Assembly (NCBI GenBank): GCA_964247055.1
Contig: OZ176057.1
Coordinates: forward strand, 3,162,001-3,226,000
Source of the DNA: Paragordius varius
Lineage: Eukaryota > Animalia > Nematomorpha
Direction of reading: 5' to 3'
Length of the DNA stretch: 64,000 nucleotides
The notes under the pieces were generated by a model that worked only from the letters and a program-made list of their open reading frames with translations, ran no database searches and was not told the origin of the DNA. Within the stretch, counting starts at the first letter, position 1; every line of letters starts with the position of its first letter. This document shows, in pieces, positions 9,728 to 51,762 of the stretch. Position numbers and translations under genes: made by a program.

Positions 9728-12700
9728 GAGAAAATCGTAGTCTTTTTAGACATTCTCTAGCCTGGTGCAGCGAATAAGGTACCCTCACCTCTGAGTTAAA
9801 GGGGTTGGTTTATAAGGACATATAATCCGTAAAACCTTGCCTCAATCACAAAACCATGCAGAAACGACTTACAAAAATGATTGATGATAATAAAACATCT
9901 ATTTCAAAGCGAAATTTTAATTTTAATATAAATGATAATATATATTATGATAATGCTAGTACACCTATAAATGCAAATTATATAAATAATAGAAATAAAA
10001 ATAATTCAAAAGCAATAATAAATAAACCAGGTACAAATGAACAACCAAAAATAAAAATGAGATACAAGAATCTATATAAAAACTTCAAATCTATATCGGA
10101 ATCATTTAAATTGGCTCTTGGAATGTTGGAACAATGGTTAATAAGCAATGGCTGGTAATAGATACGGTGCGAAACTTAGATTTAAACATATGCTCTTTAC
10201 AAGAAACTCGATATAAAAATGCAGGTATAAAACACTTTGATGGTTATTCATTACTATACCAAGGTGGGAACAAAGGACAATCTGGCGTTGCCATAATGAT
10301 GAAAGAAACACATCGACAAAACCTAATTACCGTGACCCGTCACAGTGATAGAATTATTCAAGCTAGAATGATATACAACAAATTGATCCTCAATGTTACT
10401 TCCGTATATCACCCCAAAAAGGCTTGCCCGATAAATGCAAGCTGGATTTTTGGGATCAGCTCTATCAAATATGTTCCAATATACCCGAAACAGACTGTAT
10501 AATGATTGGAGATTTAAATGCACATGTTGGAAGCAGCGAAGGTTTTTCTGGTATACATGGAGGATAGAACTTTGATAATCGGGACAAAGAAGGAGAAAAT
10601 GTTTTAGAATTCTGTGCACAGCTCAGCGACTACAGTTAGCAAACACTTTGTTCACCAAAAGCAAAAATAAACTGATTACATACACTTCTGGCAATAATAA
10701 TATAACAATAGACTACATCATAACTAGCCAACACATTCGAAAATATCTGGTAAATACAACCACTTCTAATTCTGAAACACAGCATAAAGTTTTAACATCA
10801 ATTTTTAAATTTAACTCAAGGCCTTTCAATCATAAAACCAAACCTAGAGTTAATATACACAAGTTTAAAAAACCTGATATAATGAAAAATTTCAAAAAGT
10901 CGCTTAACTTAAACATTGATAAAAGACTCCTGGCAAAGTTTAAGAAGCAATACGATTGAAAATGTAGAAAAATGGTGTGGTAGAAGAAAGAGCAAAGCCC
11001 AAAAGAAATGGTGGTGGGACGATGCAATTAAGCCATTACTTAAAGAAAAGGCGCGTTTGTATAAAAAATGGAAGAAATCGAAAAGAGAATACGACAAAAC
11101 TGAGTATTACAAATACAACAAAATGGTACAAAAGGAAATAAATAAATTAATGAAAAGGCTAAAGATACTGCCGATAAATTCGAAAAGGAAATCCAAAATA
11201 ATAAAATTTTTAAACATATGAAACTTTACAATAATAACAAAAAAGATATACCAACGATTAATGTATAAAAGATAATAATAATAATTTACAAATACAACCA
11301 GAATTAATTAAATCCATATGGCAAAAATATATGGAGCAAAATCTAAACAACCCTGTAACACCCATAATAAATTCTGACAGAGATCCCTGTTGTGGTCCAT
11401 TAAGGACATTCACAATACAAGAAATTGAAATTGCTTTAGACCAAATGAAATCAAACAAGGCATCGGGCCCTAGTGAACTATGTTTTGATGTCATTAAATT
11501 AATACCCAATATATCCATACTTCTAACAAATTTATTTAACAAAATAATAGTTGAAATGAAAATACCACAGACTGGGAAAAAAGCATTATATTTCCCATCT
11601 TCAAAAATAAAGGAGATATCCTAACCTGTTCCTCATACAGGCCCTTAAAACTTTTTGAACATGGGTTAAAAAATTTTGAAATATGCCTCAAAAATCGTAT
11701 CGTCCAGCTCATATCAATTAACAATGCAATTCGCCTTTTCAGCGGGTAAAAGCACAATCGATCCAATTTTCTTACTCAGATAAATACCGAGCACAAGGTC
11801 TTAAACTATTCCACCTTTTTGTCGATTTAGAAAAGGCTTAAGACTCAGTACCTAGAGCACTAATAATAGAATCACTGCGCTACAACAACGTAGATGAATA
11901 TACCATGAAGTTAGTTATATTAATCTACACTAACTCAATCAGTTGTGTTCTTACACCTGTTGGGAATTCAGAGTATTTTAGTATAAATACTGGGTTGCAT
12001 CAGGGGTCTGTCCATAGCCCATTTCTTTTTATAGCTATAATTGATTACATAACAAAAGATATTAAAGACGGTCTAGCACATGAAATTCTTTACGCAGACG
12101 ACCACATAATCACTGCAGAAGATATTTCAATACTCGAAAATAAATATCTAATATGGTCAAAACAATTACATAAACACGGTCTTAAAATCAATACAAACAA
12201 AACTAAAATTCTAATCACAGGAGATTAACATAAAACTATAAAGTTCCCATGCCCAGTGTGCACCACTGAGGTTTGTTGTACAAAATGCAGAAATTGGGTC
12301 CATAAAAAATGTTCCAACATAAAAGGAAAGTTAATTAATAATAATAATTTTATTTGCACACCATGTGCTTTATCAATACCACTGCCAATATCGAATCCAC
12401 GTACTTTAAACTTTAATGGAGACAAACTAGAAGTTGTAACATCTTTTCCATATCTGGGCGATTATATATCATCTGATGGTTCTTTGAGGGATGCCATTGC
12501 TCATAGAATCAGATAAGGATGGGCCAAATTCAATCAATTAAAATATATTTTAACTAATAAAAATATCAAATCGAATCATAAGATAAAGATTTACAAAATG
12601 GGAACAAGACCTGCTATGACATACGCTACAGAAACCTGGGCCCTTACAGCAACAGACCTAAATAGACTTACTAGAGCTGAAAATCACATGCTCAAAATTT

Positions 12701-13005
12701 GCAACAATAATTTGATAATACCATAGAAGAAGATGAACCTCTAGCTCTATTCATCCAGCGAAATCGATTGCGATATTACGGACATATTCAACGTATGAAT
12801 TCCGATAACTGGGTACAAAAAATACAACATTTAAATATACCCGGCCCAAACAGAAAAGGCCGCCCTAAACTCACATGGTCCAAACAGCTGACCCAAGATC
12901 TATCACACTTCAATATTGAACACAAACAAGTCTTTGATAGAACATTGTTCAGAAAGTTGGTGCATGGAAACCCCAGATACCCTGGGACCTAAAATGGATG
13001 GATAG
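9728..13005 (+). mobile_element. Full-length decayed RTE-clade non-LTR retrotransposon (APE endonuclease + reverse transcriptase + PHD-like finger)
   Basis: Frameshifted fragments carry IGSWNVGT, CSLQETR, IGDLNAHVG, TIDYII (APE), KWWW, KASGP, GLHQGS, LYADD (RT), FPYLG, ATETW, YYGHIQR and RKGRPKLTW. About 3.3 kb, with a short ATGG/ATAG repeat tail. A possible 7-bp TSD ATATTTT at 9721-9727 and 13006-13012 is weak. Inserted about 160 bp after the Rheb stop. Confidence 0.9.
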
Positions 13006-13561
13006 ATATTTTATTAGTTATATTATTTAAGCAAATTGGTTGATTTTTTTTAACATTGTGATCATTACGTCTTTAAAATTGATTTGATATAATATTATGC
13101 AATATAAAAAATGGGTAAATAGATGGGCATACACCACAATTTAAACCAAATGATTTTAATACGGATCCGTTTTCCGAAAAACGGATTAAATTTTTAAATA
13201 GTTATGTTTTCGGTTTTATTTATAAAAAAAATGTCAAAGTATATTAATTCATTAATAAAGAAAAATTTAATATGAATATATATTTTTATTTAATACTTTT
13301 AATTTAAATTCATAGAAAACATTATATTAATCTGTGAATTTACACCGTATTAAAGCTTCAAATTTTCATATATAAAGGTTGTACTCGCCTTTCTTAAACA
13401 TAATCATAAAAATAGGGTGGCTAAATCTTGAATATCCTCCCAAATTTAGAATAAATCAATATTAAAAAATTTAAATATTTTTGACGCCACTTTCCCTTGT
13501 TGTAAATATAGCAAGATATGGTTTTTTACAATTATTTTAAGGTTGCTTTTATATATATGTA

Positions 13562-13836
13562 CCAGTTTTCAGTCAAAAGCAACTATTTTCAAGCAAACGC
13601 ATTTCTCAACCAAACAAACGCAGCAATTTCTCACCCAAACACAATATTTTTTAATCAAAGCAACATTTTTTTAAGCAAACGTAGCTATTTCTCAACCAAA
13701 TGTAATATTTTTTAAAAACGCATCATTTTTTCAACCAAACCCAACTTTTTTCAAGCCAAGTCAACTAAAAAAGGATGCGTTTTAAAAAACGTTGCTTTTA
13801 GATGAAATAATGTTGCGCTTTTGACTGAAACATGGT
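13562..13836. mobile_element. MITE family I (CCAGTTTTCAGTCAAAAGC ends, degenerate ~20-bp internal repeats); fragments at 4840-4935 and 14030-14095
   Basis: TIR CCAGTTTTCAGTCAAAAGC / GCTTTTGACTGAAACATGG. Confidence 0.65.
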
Positions 13837-14730
13837 CCATAAATAAATTTTAATTATGGGAAAATTAAATGTTTGGAAATTAAAATATACTATTGAATTT
13901 GATGTAATAAAAATCATGTATACAAATATGTCCTAATTCAATGTTAAAAATAAACTAATCATTAACTTAAATTTAACTGAATATTCAATAATAAATTGTC
14001 ATAAGATAAAAAATTTGCTTATATAAAGAAGGTTGCCTTCGCTTGAAAAAATGTTGCATTTGAATGAAAATGTTGCTTTTAACTAAAAAAATGGTGTACT
14101 AATTCCTTTGCTTTTGAAACAAAACCAAGAAAATTTTAAAACTAGCAGTCAAAAAGTTTTAATATTTTATTATATAAATAGCATAAATTTATCAAACATA
14201 TTCTTTTGATTTGGTTTTCTTACCACCAATCCTTGCATGTAATTTGAGAGAATGCGATTCGAAATTTGGATTTTCAAACTTTTGAGTTGTAAATAAAGGT
14301 AACAGCATATTTTCAAACAAAAATATTATCGGAATTATAAGTACAAAATTAAACAGAATCATTTTTCCTTGTATGGTATATTACACCACAACAAATAGCT
14401 TTAGGGATTTATTTTATAAAATAAGGACGTTTACAAAAATAGTAATAAATATTACATTTTTGACATTATTTTTAGCCTATAAAAACAAGTATGGTCATAT
14501 TTCTCGAAAGAGTTTATAAAATATATTTATTTCAGGGATATATAAGCTAATAAATGATTATCAAAAGTGTATCTCACAGTAAAGAGTCTACGTTCATTGC
14601 AATTTTGGGTAAAATAAAGGGCTATCTTCATTAATATAGTTTTTATAATTAAAAAACATTTTTTTTAAAATTAATATATATATGGATGCTTAAATAAATA
14701 ATATAAATGTATGTATTTATTTATAATAAA

Positions 14731-16080
14731 CTAGCGTAAATCTCCTGCTGCTACGCAGCCAGGAAGTCCCTCGGACTTCTGAAGGGGGCGGGGCATTTTT
14801 GATACAAGCAATTTTATTATGCGGCACGAAGTTTTAAAATGATTCACATAGTCTCATAAATTTTCTGAAATTTGGCTCCAAAGGCATGCTGTATCGATAT
14901 GATGGCGCAGTTGTAGGCGGGTACGACCCACTACACATAGGCAAATATAAAAACGTATTTAGATAAAAAAATTTGCCTTATAACTGGAATCATCATTCAT
15001 TCCTAATAGTTTATGGAAGAATGGCTTCAAAACTAAATAATAGTTCAATAATAGCGCATTTTTCAGGGCGTAAAGGGCCTATTTTACGGCTAATTTATAA
15101 AATCCGCTCGACTAAAATTTTCGACTTTTTACGGGTAATACTTTAAGCAGCTATTGAACTCATATGTGATAGGTTTTATGAAATTTAGCCCCAAAAGCAC
15201 GCTATTCCGATATGACGGGTCAGTTTTTCGCGGGGAGCTCCCTTCTCAGCAGCTATCATCAAAGAAACGCTTGACCAAAATTTTTGCCTTTTAACAGGGA
15301 ATACATAGGATCCTTTTTGATTTTTACGGTCTCATACCTTGGGCGGTAGATTCAAAAAATTATTTTTGTGGACTTAATTTTTTTGAAAAAAATGGCATTT
15401 TACGGGATGAGCGGGTAAAAAGAGGGCCTAAATTAGCGAGCCGACTATGTTCGGCACAATCGAAAATAATTAAACAAAAATCTTATTTATTGATTGGTCA
15501 ACACGTTCTCCGGAAAATTGTTTCAAAGACGCGATTTTTGTGGACTTGTGTTTTTAAAAAAACCGTTTTTTACACGGGGTGGGCCCGAAACGGGGCCTAA
15601 TTCAAAAAGGGCGAATCTATTGTCGGAGCATTCATTAATGATTATATTTTTTCGACATTCGGATTTGAATAGGTCTACCGGTTTACCGGAAACAGATCAC
15701 AAAGCCACATGATGGATTAGTTTTTTAGCGGGTAGCTCCTTACCCAGCAGCTATCATCAAAGAAACGCTTGACTAAAATTTTTGCCTTTTTACAGGGAAT
15801 ACGAATCCTTATTGAATTTTTACGGTCTCATACCTTGAACGAAAAATAGAATCAAAAAATTATTTTTGTGGACTTTGTTTTTTGGAAAAAAAAGCATTTT
15901 ACGGGGAGAGCGGGTAAAAAGAGGGCTTAAATTAAAAAGCCGACTATGTTCTGCGCAATCGAAAATATGTAAACAAAAATCTTATTTGATATTGTCCAAC
16001 ACCTTCTCCGGAAAATTGTCTCAAAGACACGATTTTTGTGGACTTGCGTTTTCAAATTTCCATTTTTATAAATATATAGA
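14731..16080 (-). mobile_element. Non-autonomous Helitron, copy 2
   Basis: Same TC...hairpin-CTAG termini and A|T target as copy 1. About 240 bp longer because of an extra internal sub-repeat near 15710-16040. Confidence 0.85.
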
Positions 16081-17663
16081 TTAATAAATATAAACCCTTG
16101 ACGGTTGATTCCATGTATACCAACCACACTGACATTTTAATTAAAACCTCAAAAATACCGCAGATTTATTATTGAAAATTATTATGAAACTTTGGGATAA
16201 AATACTTAGATTTCTATTAACTGGTTCGACATTTTGCGATGCATTGAAAACATATATATGCCACTGGCGGTTTTAAGATTAGAGTTTAGTATAAATTAAG
16301 TACTTTTGTTAAGGTTCAAATTGATTGTTCTCCCACTTCTGCCATTAACAGTCGCTATAAACTTATCCAATGATCTAAATTTCATAATATGAACAGGTAA
16401 GATAGTTAATGCTGATATATCAGCTTTATTATTATTAATATCTTATAGTTCGATTACTTTTTAAGCCATTCATTACATTTAAATTTATAAATAAAAACTC
16501 ATCTAACTTGTCTGATACATTTGCTTCGTATCTGAGATTACTGTCTTATCAATTACAATTATTATCTCAAACATGACAACATTTTTAGAAAACATGGTAA
16601 ATGCAAATCAATTCCAATAAATCAAAAAAATTTCGAATTAACCCATAAGTTAGACATATCAGTGGCTCTCGTTCTCCTATTGAAACATTAATAATTATAT
16701 ATTTATCACTTAAGCCGGAATCGTTAAATGGCCCAAAAATCACATTTAATTATAATAAAATTTGGGCATTACACGACGTCAGTTTAAAAACGAAAATACG
16801 GCGGCTAGCCAACGCAATTACAGTTAAAATTGAAATTATACAGACAAAACCTAAAAATATCAAGACAAATATTTTTTTCAAAATATAACCAAACTTATTT
16901 AACACCTTAATCCTTGCCATATAAACTACCAAACTGCTATTCCAATATATATAATTAATTTTGTTATCAATATACATTTCTATTTTATATTTAGCAATTT
17001 AAAACAATGAGTTATATTTGTAGATATTTTTACTGTATTTTCCAGGATGGTTGGAGTTTTAAAACAGGAAGACGGAAACTTAATGTCATTCTAGCTAGAT
17101 AAATTACCAAAGTTAACAAATAGAAACAAAAAATTATTCCAAAAATTTATAGCAGATAATTTATTAAAAAGACATTTTTATAAACGAAAATTTGTCCATA
17201 CACTACTAAAGTATTTACTATGTGGAAGATAAAATATATATGTTTGGCAATCTTTACTATGCTAAATAAGATAAGTCCAATACTAACTTTTATAATAACA
17301 AACATATAATTTAAAAATTTGTTGAAAATGGGTTATAAAAATTGAAATGCATATACATACATATAGATAATAGATAGAGTTATACGGAGCATATATAAAT
17401 TTGACAATATTGCACTTGATTAGCATATAATACACAATATTATTATCCAAATAAATTAGTAGTTTATATCACTAAATTAATGAATGCTCTATTTTTTTTA
17501 AATTTTTGGTATAAAATAATAATTATAATGTAACACCAATTTTTTTAAAAAACGGGGTATAGGTGTAATTTTAAAAAAGGGCGTAAGTTTTGATTTTTGG
17601 CAAAATTATGGAGAGCAAATCCATTATTTTATGGGATTAATAAAATGTATATATAATTTTTTT

Positions 17664-47513
<29,850 letters not shown>

Positions 47514-47605
47514 TCAAGATTAACCCAGTAAAATTTGCTGGAAGAACATGTGTTATATTTGAAACAGTTGGTGAACCAAATATACGGTTTTATTTTAATT
47601 TAATA

Positions 47606-48176
47606 CACTTCGATTCAAATTGGGGTATCTAAATACCCCAGACTAAATTAAAATTAATATTTTTAAAAAACTACTGAAGGGAATTGTCCCAATTTAATAT
47701 GCTTCTATTCTGATAAAATTATATAAAAATGCCAAAATATCTTGATAAAATTTTGTTTTAAAAAAAAGTTCTATCTCAAGCTACTTCGACGCCATTTTTA
47801 TTTTACAAAATTTTTGCAAATCGTCTTTATTTAATTTTAAAGGTAAAACTTGAGCTAATTTTTATATAAATTACATCTAACATGGATAGAAATAGAAAAA
47901 GAGGTTTATTTTATATTTTTTTTAATTTTACAATTTGACACATGTCACGTTGAAGAAATTTTTACCTTTCGTTTTTAGCTTAAAATAAGTAATATTAAGT
48001 ATTTTTGAATAATTTTTTTTTATATTTCAGTTTATTAATGTTATATAAGTGTAAAATTTTGCCATGGTTTCGATTTCTTCCATACTTTTTAAAGTATTTG
48101 ATATTAAACAGGCCTGGGGTATCCAACTACTCCAATTTGAATCGAAGGACTAAAATGGGTGTGTTGTATCCAAGTG
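47606..48176 (+). mobile_element. MITE family B, 92 bp upstream of the PKC ATG
   Basis: CACTTCGATTCAAATTGGGG...CAAGTG|TTAA; strongly similar to 56489-57027. Confidence 0.85.
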
Positions 48177-49710
48177 TTAAAAGATATACAATTTAAAGAT
48201 TTATGATTAGAATAAAAGGGAGGAAAAGAAAAAAATTTATAAAAAATATTGGATATCAACGCAATTAGACAATTATTTACTTTTTTAGTAATTGCCTTCG
48301 AGAGTGATTTTAAATAAATTTAATTTCGTTGTATGTATGCATTTTGTATTAAAATACACTTAATAACTTTGAAGTTATACCCCATTAAAAAATTTTTTTT
48401 GACAAATTTAAATAATATATCTGTAGCCTTTTAGGCGGTTGGTACAAAAAAATTTGTTTAAAAATGAAAAATTGTTCAAGCTCAAACTTTTCCGCCATTA
48501 TCTTTAATTTAATTGTATGCAACCCGGAAAAAATAAAAAATCAACTTTGATAAGCTTTCTAATTAAAATTTTAAAATTTTTGATTAATTGATTTTATTAT
48601 CAGCCTATAGTAGTCGAGTTTTGGAGCTATCTGTATTTGGTAAAAGTTCACTTGGAACAATTATATCTTTTTCATCTAATACAGAAGAAGAGAATTTGAC
48701 AACTATATTTTAACCAAAACAACTTAAAGAACAGTAGTGTTTACCAATTTAGGCTATGGGATCCAAAACTAACCCAAATGTCATCGCGAACAAATATTTA
48801 AAAAACGATGATATCATATTTTTGGGATATTTTTGTAGAAAGGTATACCTATATTACTGTTAAAGTTTTAATTTTTAGGCAAATAAAACTATTGATTTAA
48901 TATTTTTCTGAATTTAATAGCATTCGTTAAAATGCTTATATAAACTACTATGGACATTTTTGATTTTATATAATTAGCTAAACACCTTTTGGCCCTAGTT
49001 TCCCATGGGGTGGTTTAAAACCTAAATATCACTTTTATAAATAGTCTACTGTTTTGAAAATTAATTTAAATTTTAATTATCAAACATTGTTCACATGTAT
49101 AAGATAAAAAAGCATATAATTTTTACGGTTTTGGGACTTCTAGAACCTTAAATTCCGACAGATCCAAAACATAATTGAAACGAAATGATAAATCAAAATA
49201 TTTCAAGTTCCTGCCAAAGGGTGTTCTTATAGTTAATTATTTATATTATATTTTATACATTTGGTTGCATTAGTGATGTTAAAAAATTGTGTTTATAATT
49301 ATGCATTTTAAAAAATTGTATTAAGCGCCTAAAATAAAAAGCGTATTTATATATTCTAATAACTTATATACTTTTTTAGATATTCAAACAAAACTCTCTG
49401 TGATATTAAACTAGCTAAAAGGTAATGGAATTTCATTAATGGAATTATCTAATTTATTTATTTTAGATGTTATAATATTTGATTTTGTTTTTATATATAC
49501 GTCAAGGGTAATATACCCCATGGCCAATTTAAATATATTATAAATTTAGGCAACGAGCCAAATTATAGCTTTCTTTAACTTTTTAGGTGTATGATACAAA
49601 ATTTTTATTAAAAAACTTTAAAATAAACTTTTCAGCCGCCATTTTACCGTAAATTTTTTAAACCGCGAATGCAACAGGAAAGTAAATGTCTATTATGGTT
49701 GATATATTTG

Positions 49711-50954
49711 CACTGTGTGCAAAAAAATATTAACGAATTTTTTTTTCATTAGATAGCTTATGACCAGCGTATTCATTTGCCGCAAAAATTTTTATTTGTT
49801 GACAACCTTAGTTTTTGAAATATTGAGAGAAAATCAAGATCGGGCAAAAAGTGAAAATTAAGGATAATTAAGAATAATTTAAAAAATAATGATAAAATCT
49901 GAAATATTATCGTTTATTATCATTTTAGGAGATATTTTAAATATATAAATAGCCTAAAATCATGTTAGGGTTTCTATAAAATTTATAGGTCAAAAGATGG
50001 CGTTTTATCACACTTAAAAGACAAAAAAATTTAATGAAACTATATTAAAATAATTTTTTTATTAATTTACCTAAACTCACTATTAAAATCTTAACATTCA
50101 TATTTTACAGGAAAATAAACTTCTATATCAAAATAGAACCAAAAATATTGTTTTTTATTTTTGCATTTTTTTGTCATCTGGTTTATGTGCATGCAAAAAA
50201 TTTATACTGTCATTTTGGATTCTTAAATGATAAGGAATTATTAAGTAGTTAATTTATACAAAATAGGATTTAAAAGTAGAGGATTATCAACCAACAATCC
50301 TTATACTTTCCTGTAACAAGTCTGTTTTATGACAAATTAATATCTGTATTGGGATTTATACGGATTGTTGGTTGATAGTCCACTAATTTTCAATCCTATT
50401 TTGCCTAAATTATACTTAATAATTCCCACTCATGTAATCCAAAATAAAACAGTATAAATTTTTTATACACTCATAAACCTAATGACAAAAAATGCAAAAA
50501 TAAAAAACAATATTTTTGGTTGCATAGAGTTTATTTTTCTAAATAAAATATGAATGTTAAGATTTTAATAGTTAGTTTAGGTAGTAAATAAGTAAAAAAA
50601 ATTATTTTAATATTTCATTAAATTTTTTTTCTTTTTAAGTGCGATAAATGAAAAACGCCATCTTTTGACGTGAAATTTTATAAAAACCCTAACTATAAGA
50701 TTTTAGGCTATTTATATATTGAAATAATCTCCTAAGATAATAAACGATAATATTTCATATTTTATCATTATTTTTTGAATCTTAATTATCCTAAATTTTC
50801 ACTTTTTGCCCGATCTTGATTTTCTCTCAATATTTTAAAAACTAGGTTGTCAACAAATAAAAATTTTTACGGCAAATGAATACGCTGGTCATAAGCTATC
50901 TCTGAAAAAAAATTTTTTCGTTAAATTAAAATGATCCTCTTTTTGCACACAGTG
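49711..50954. mobile_element. 1.24-kb foldback element with ~590-bp arms (Tc1-like CACTGTGTGCAAAAA ends)
   Basis: CACTGTGTGCAAAAA...TTTTTGCACACAGTG|TA. The arms pair almost to the centre (spacer about 50301-50361). Confidence 0.85.
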
Positions 50955-51714
50955 TATATATATATATCTGGAAAAATTATATCACAATTTACGAGCTTTT
51001 CGATATTTATTTTTTTTAATATCAGCTGTTCATTTCAATCGTGTTCTAGGACCAACTTGAATTGTTTAAGTACCAACTATAAGTTTAACCAGCTTGAAAT
51101 GTTCAAGGACACTCTTGAAGTGCAAATGGTATATATTCAAGAGCTAACAATATCAATTAGAGCTGCAAATAATGCACTGGTAGATATTTCGATAAAAGAT
51201 ATATTTATAAAACAGTGCCAACATCAAGCAAAAGTTATCCACCAATAATGTTTGGAGAAGGGGTTAAGTAGTAATGCAGTGCGTTCTCATGTTAAATAAA
51301 AAAGATATCGTTTATAATTTAATATCGATCTTTTTGATGTAATTATCTTATTAATTTTAAGACTTTTTAAAAGGATTCTAATGTCGTGTGATTTATCATT
51401 ACCAAACCAAACATAAATTCATAATTAAATTTAATAGTAAACTAAAAACCGCCTGCTTATTAATTTTCCTTGATACCATAACCTCTCCAAAATTTTCCAA
51501 ATCTCTATAAATTTATAATTAATCTAAAATGCGCATATGATAAGAATATAAATTTTAATTTTCGACTTTTATTGTAAAGTCATTATCGAAAAAAAAACAT
51601 ATACGTTTATAATAAATAAATTTAATAATTTATAATGCGTAATTCTCTCAAATTCTCTATATTTTAATATTTTAAATAAAAAGCCATAATATTGAGTATT
51701 TATATTCGGTTTAC

Positions 51715-51747
<33 letters not shown>

Positions 51748-51762
51748 ATAGACACATATAAA

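Noticed and set aside
10323-12425. Minus-strand ORFs over the LINE (similarly 34608-34886, 34144-34377, 56076-56258, 29153-29353)
   Set aside because: Antisense shadows of real coding sequence.
16750-16977. Minus-strand ORF resembling a type II membrane protein
   Set aside because: The hydrophobic stretch is the reverse complement of a family C MITE starting at 16821.
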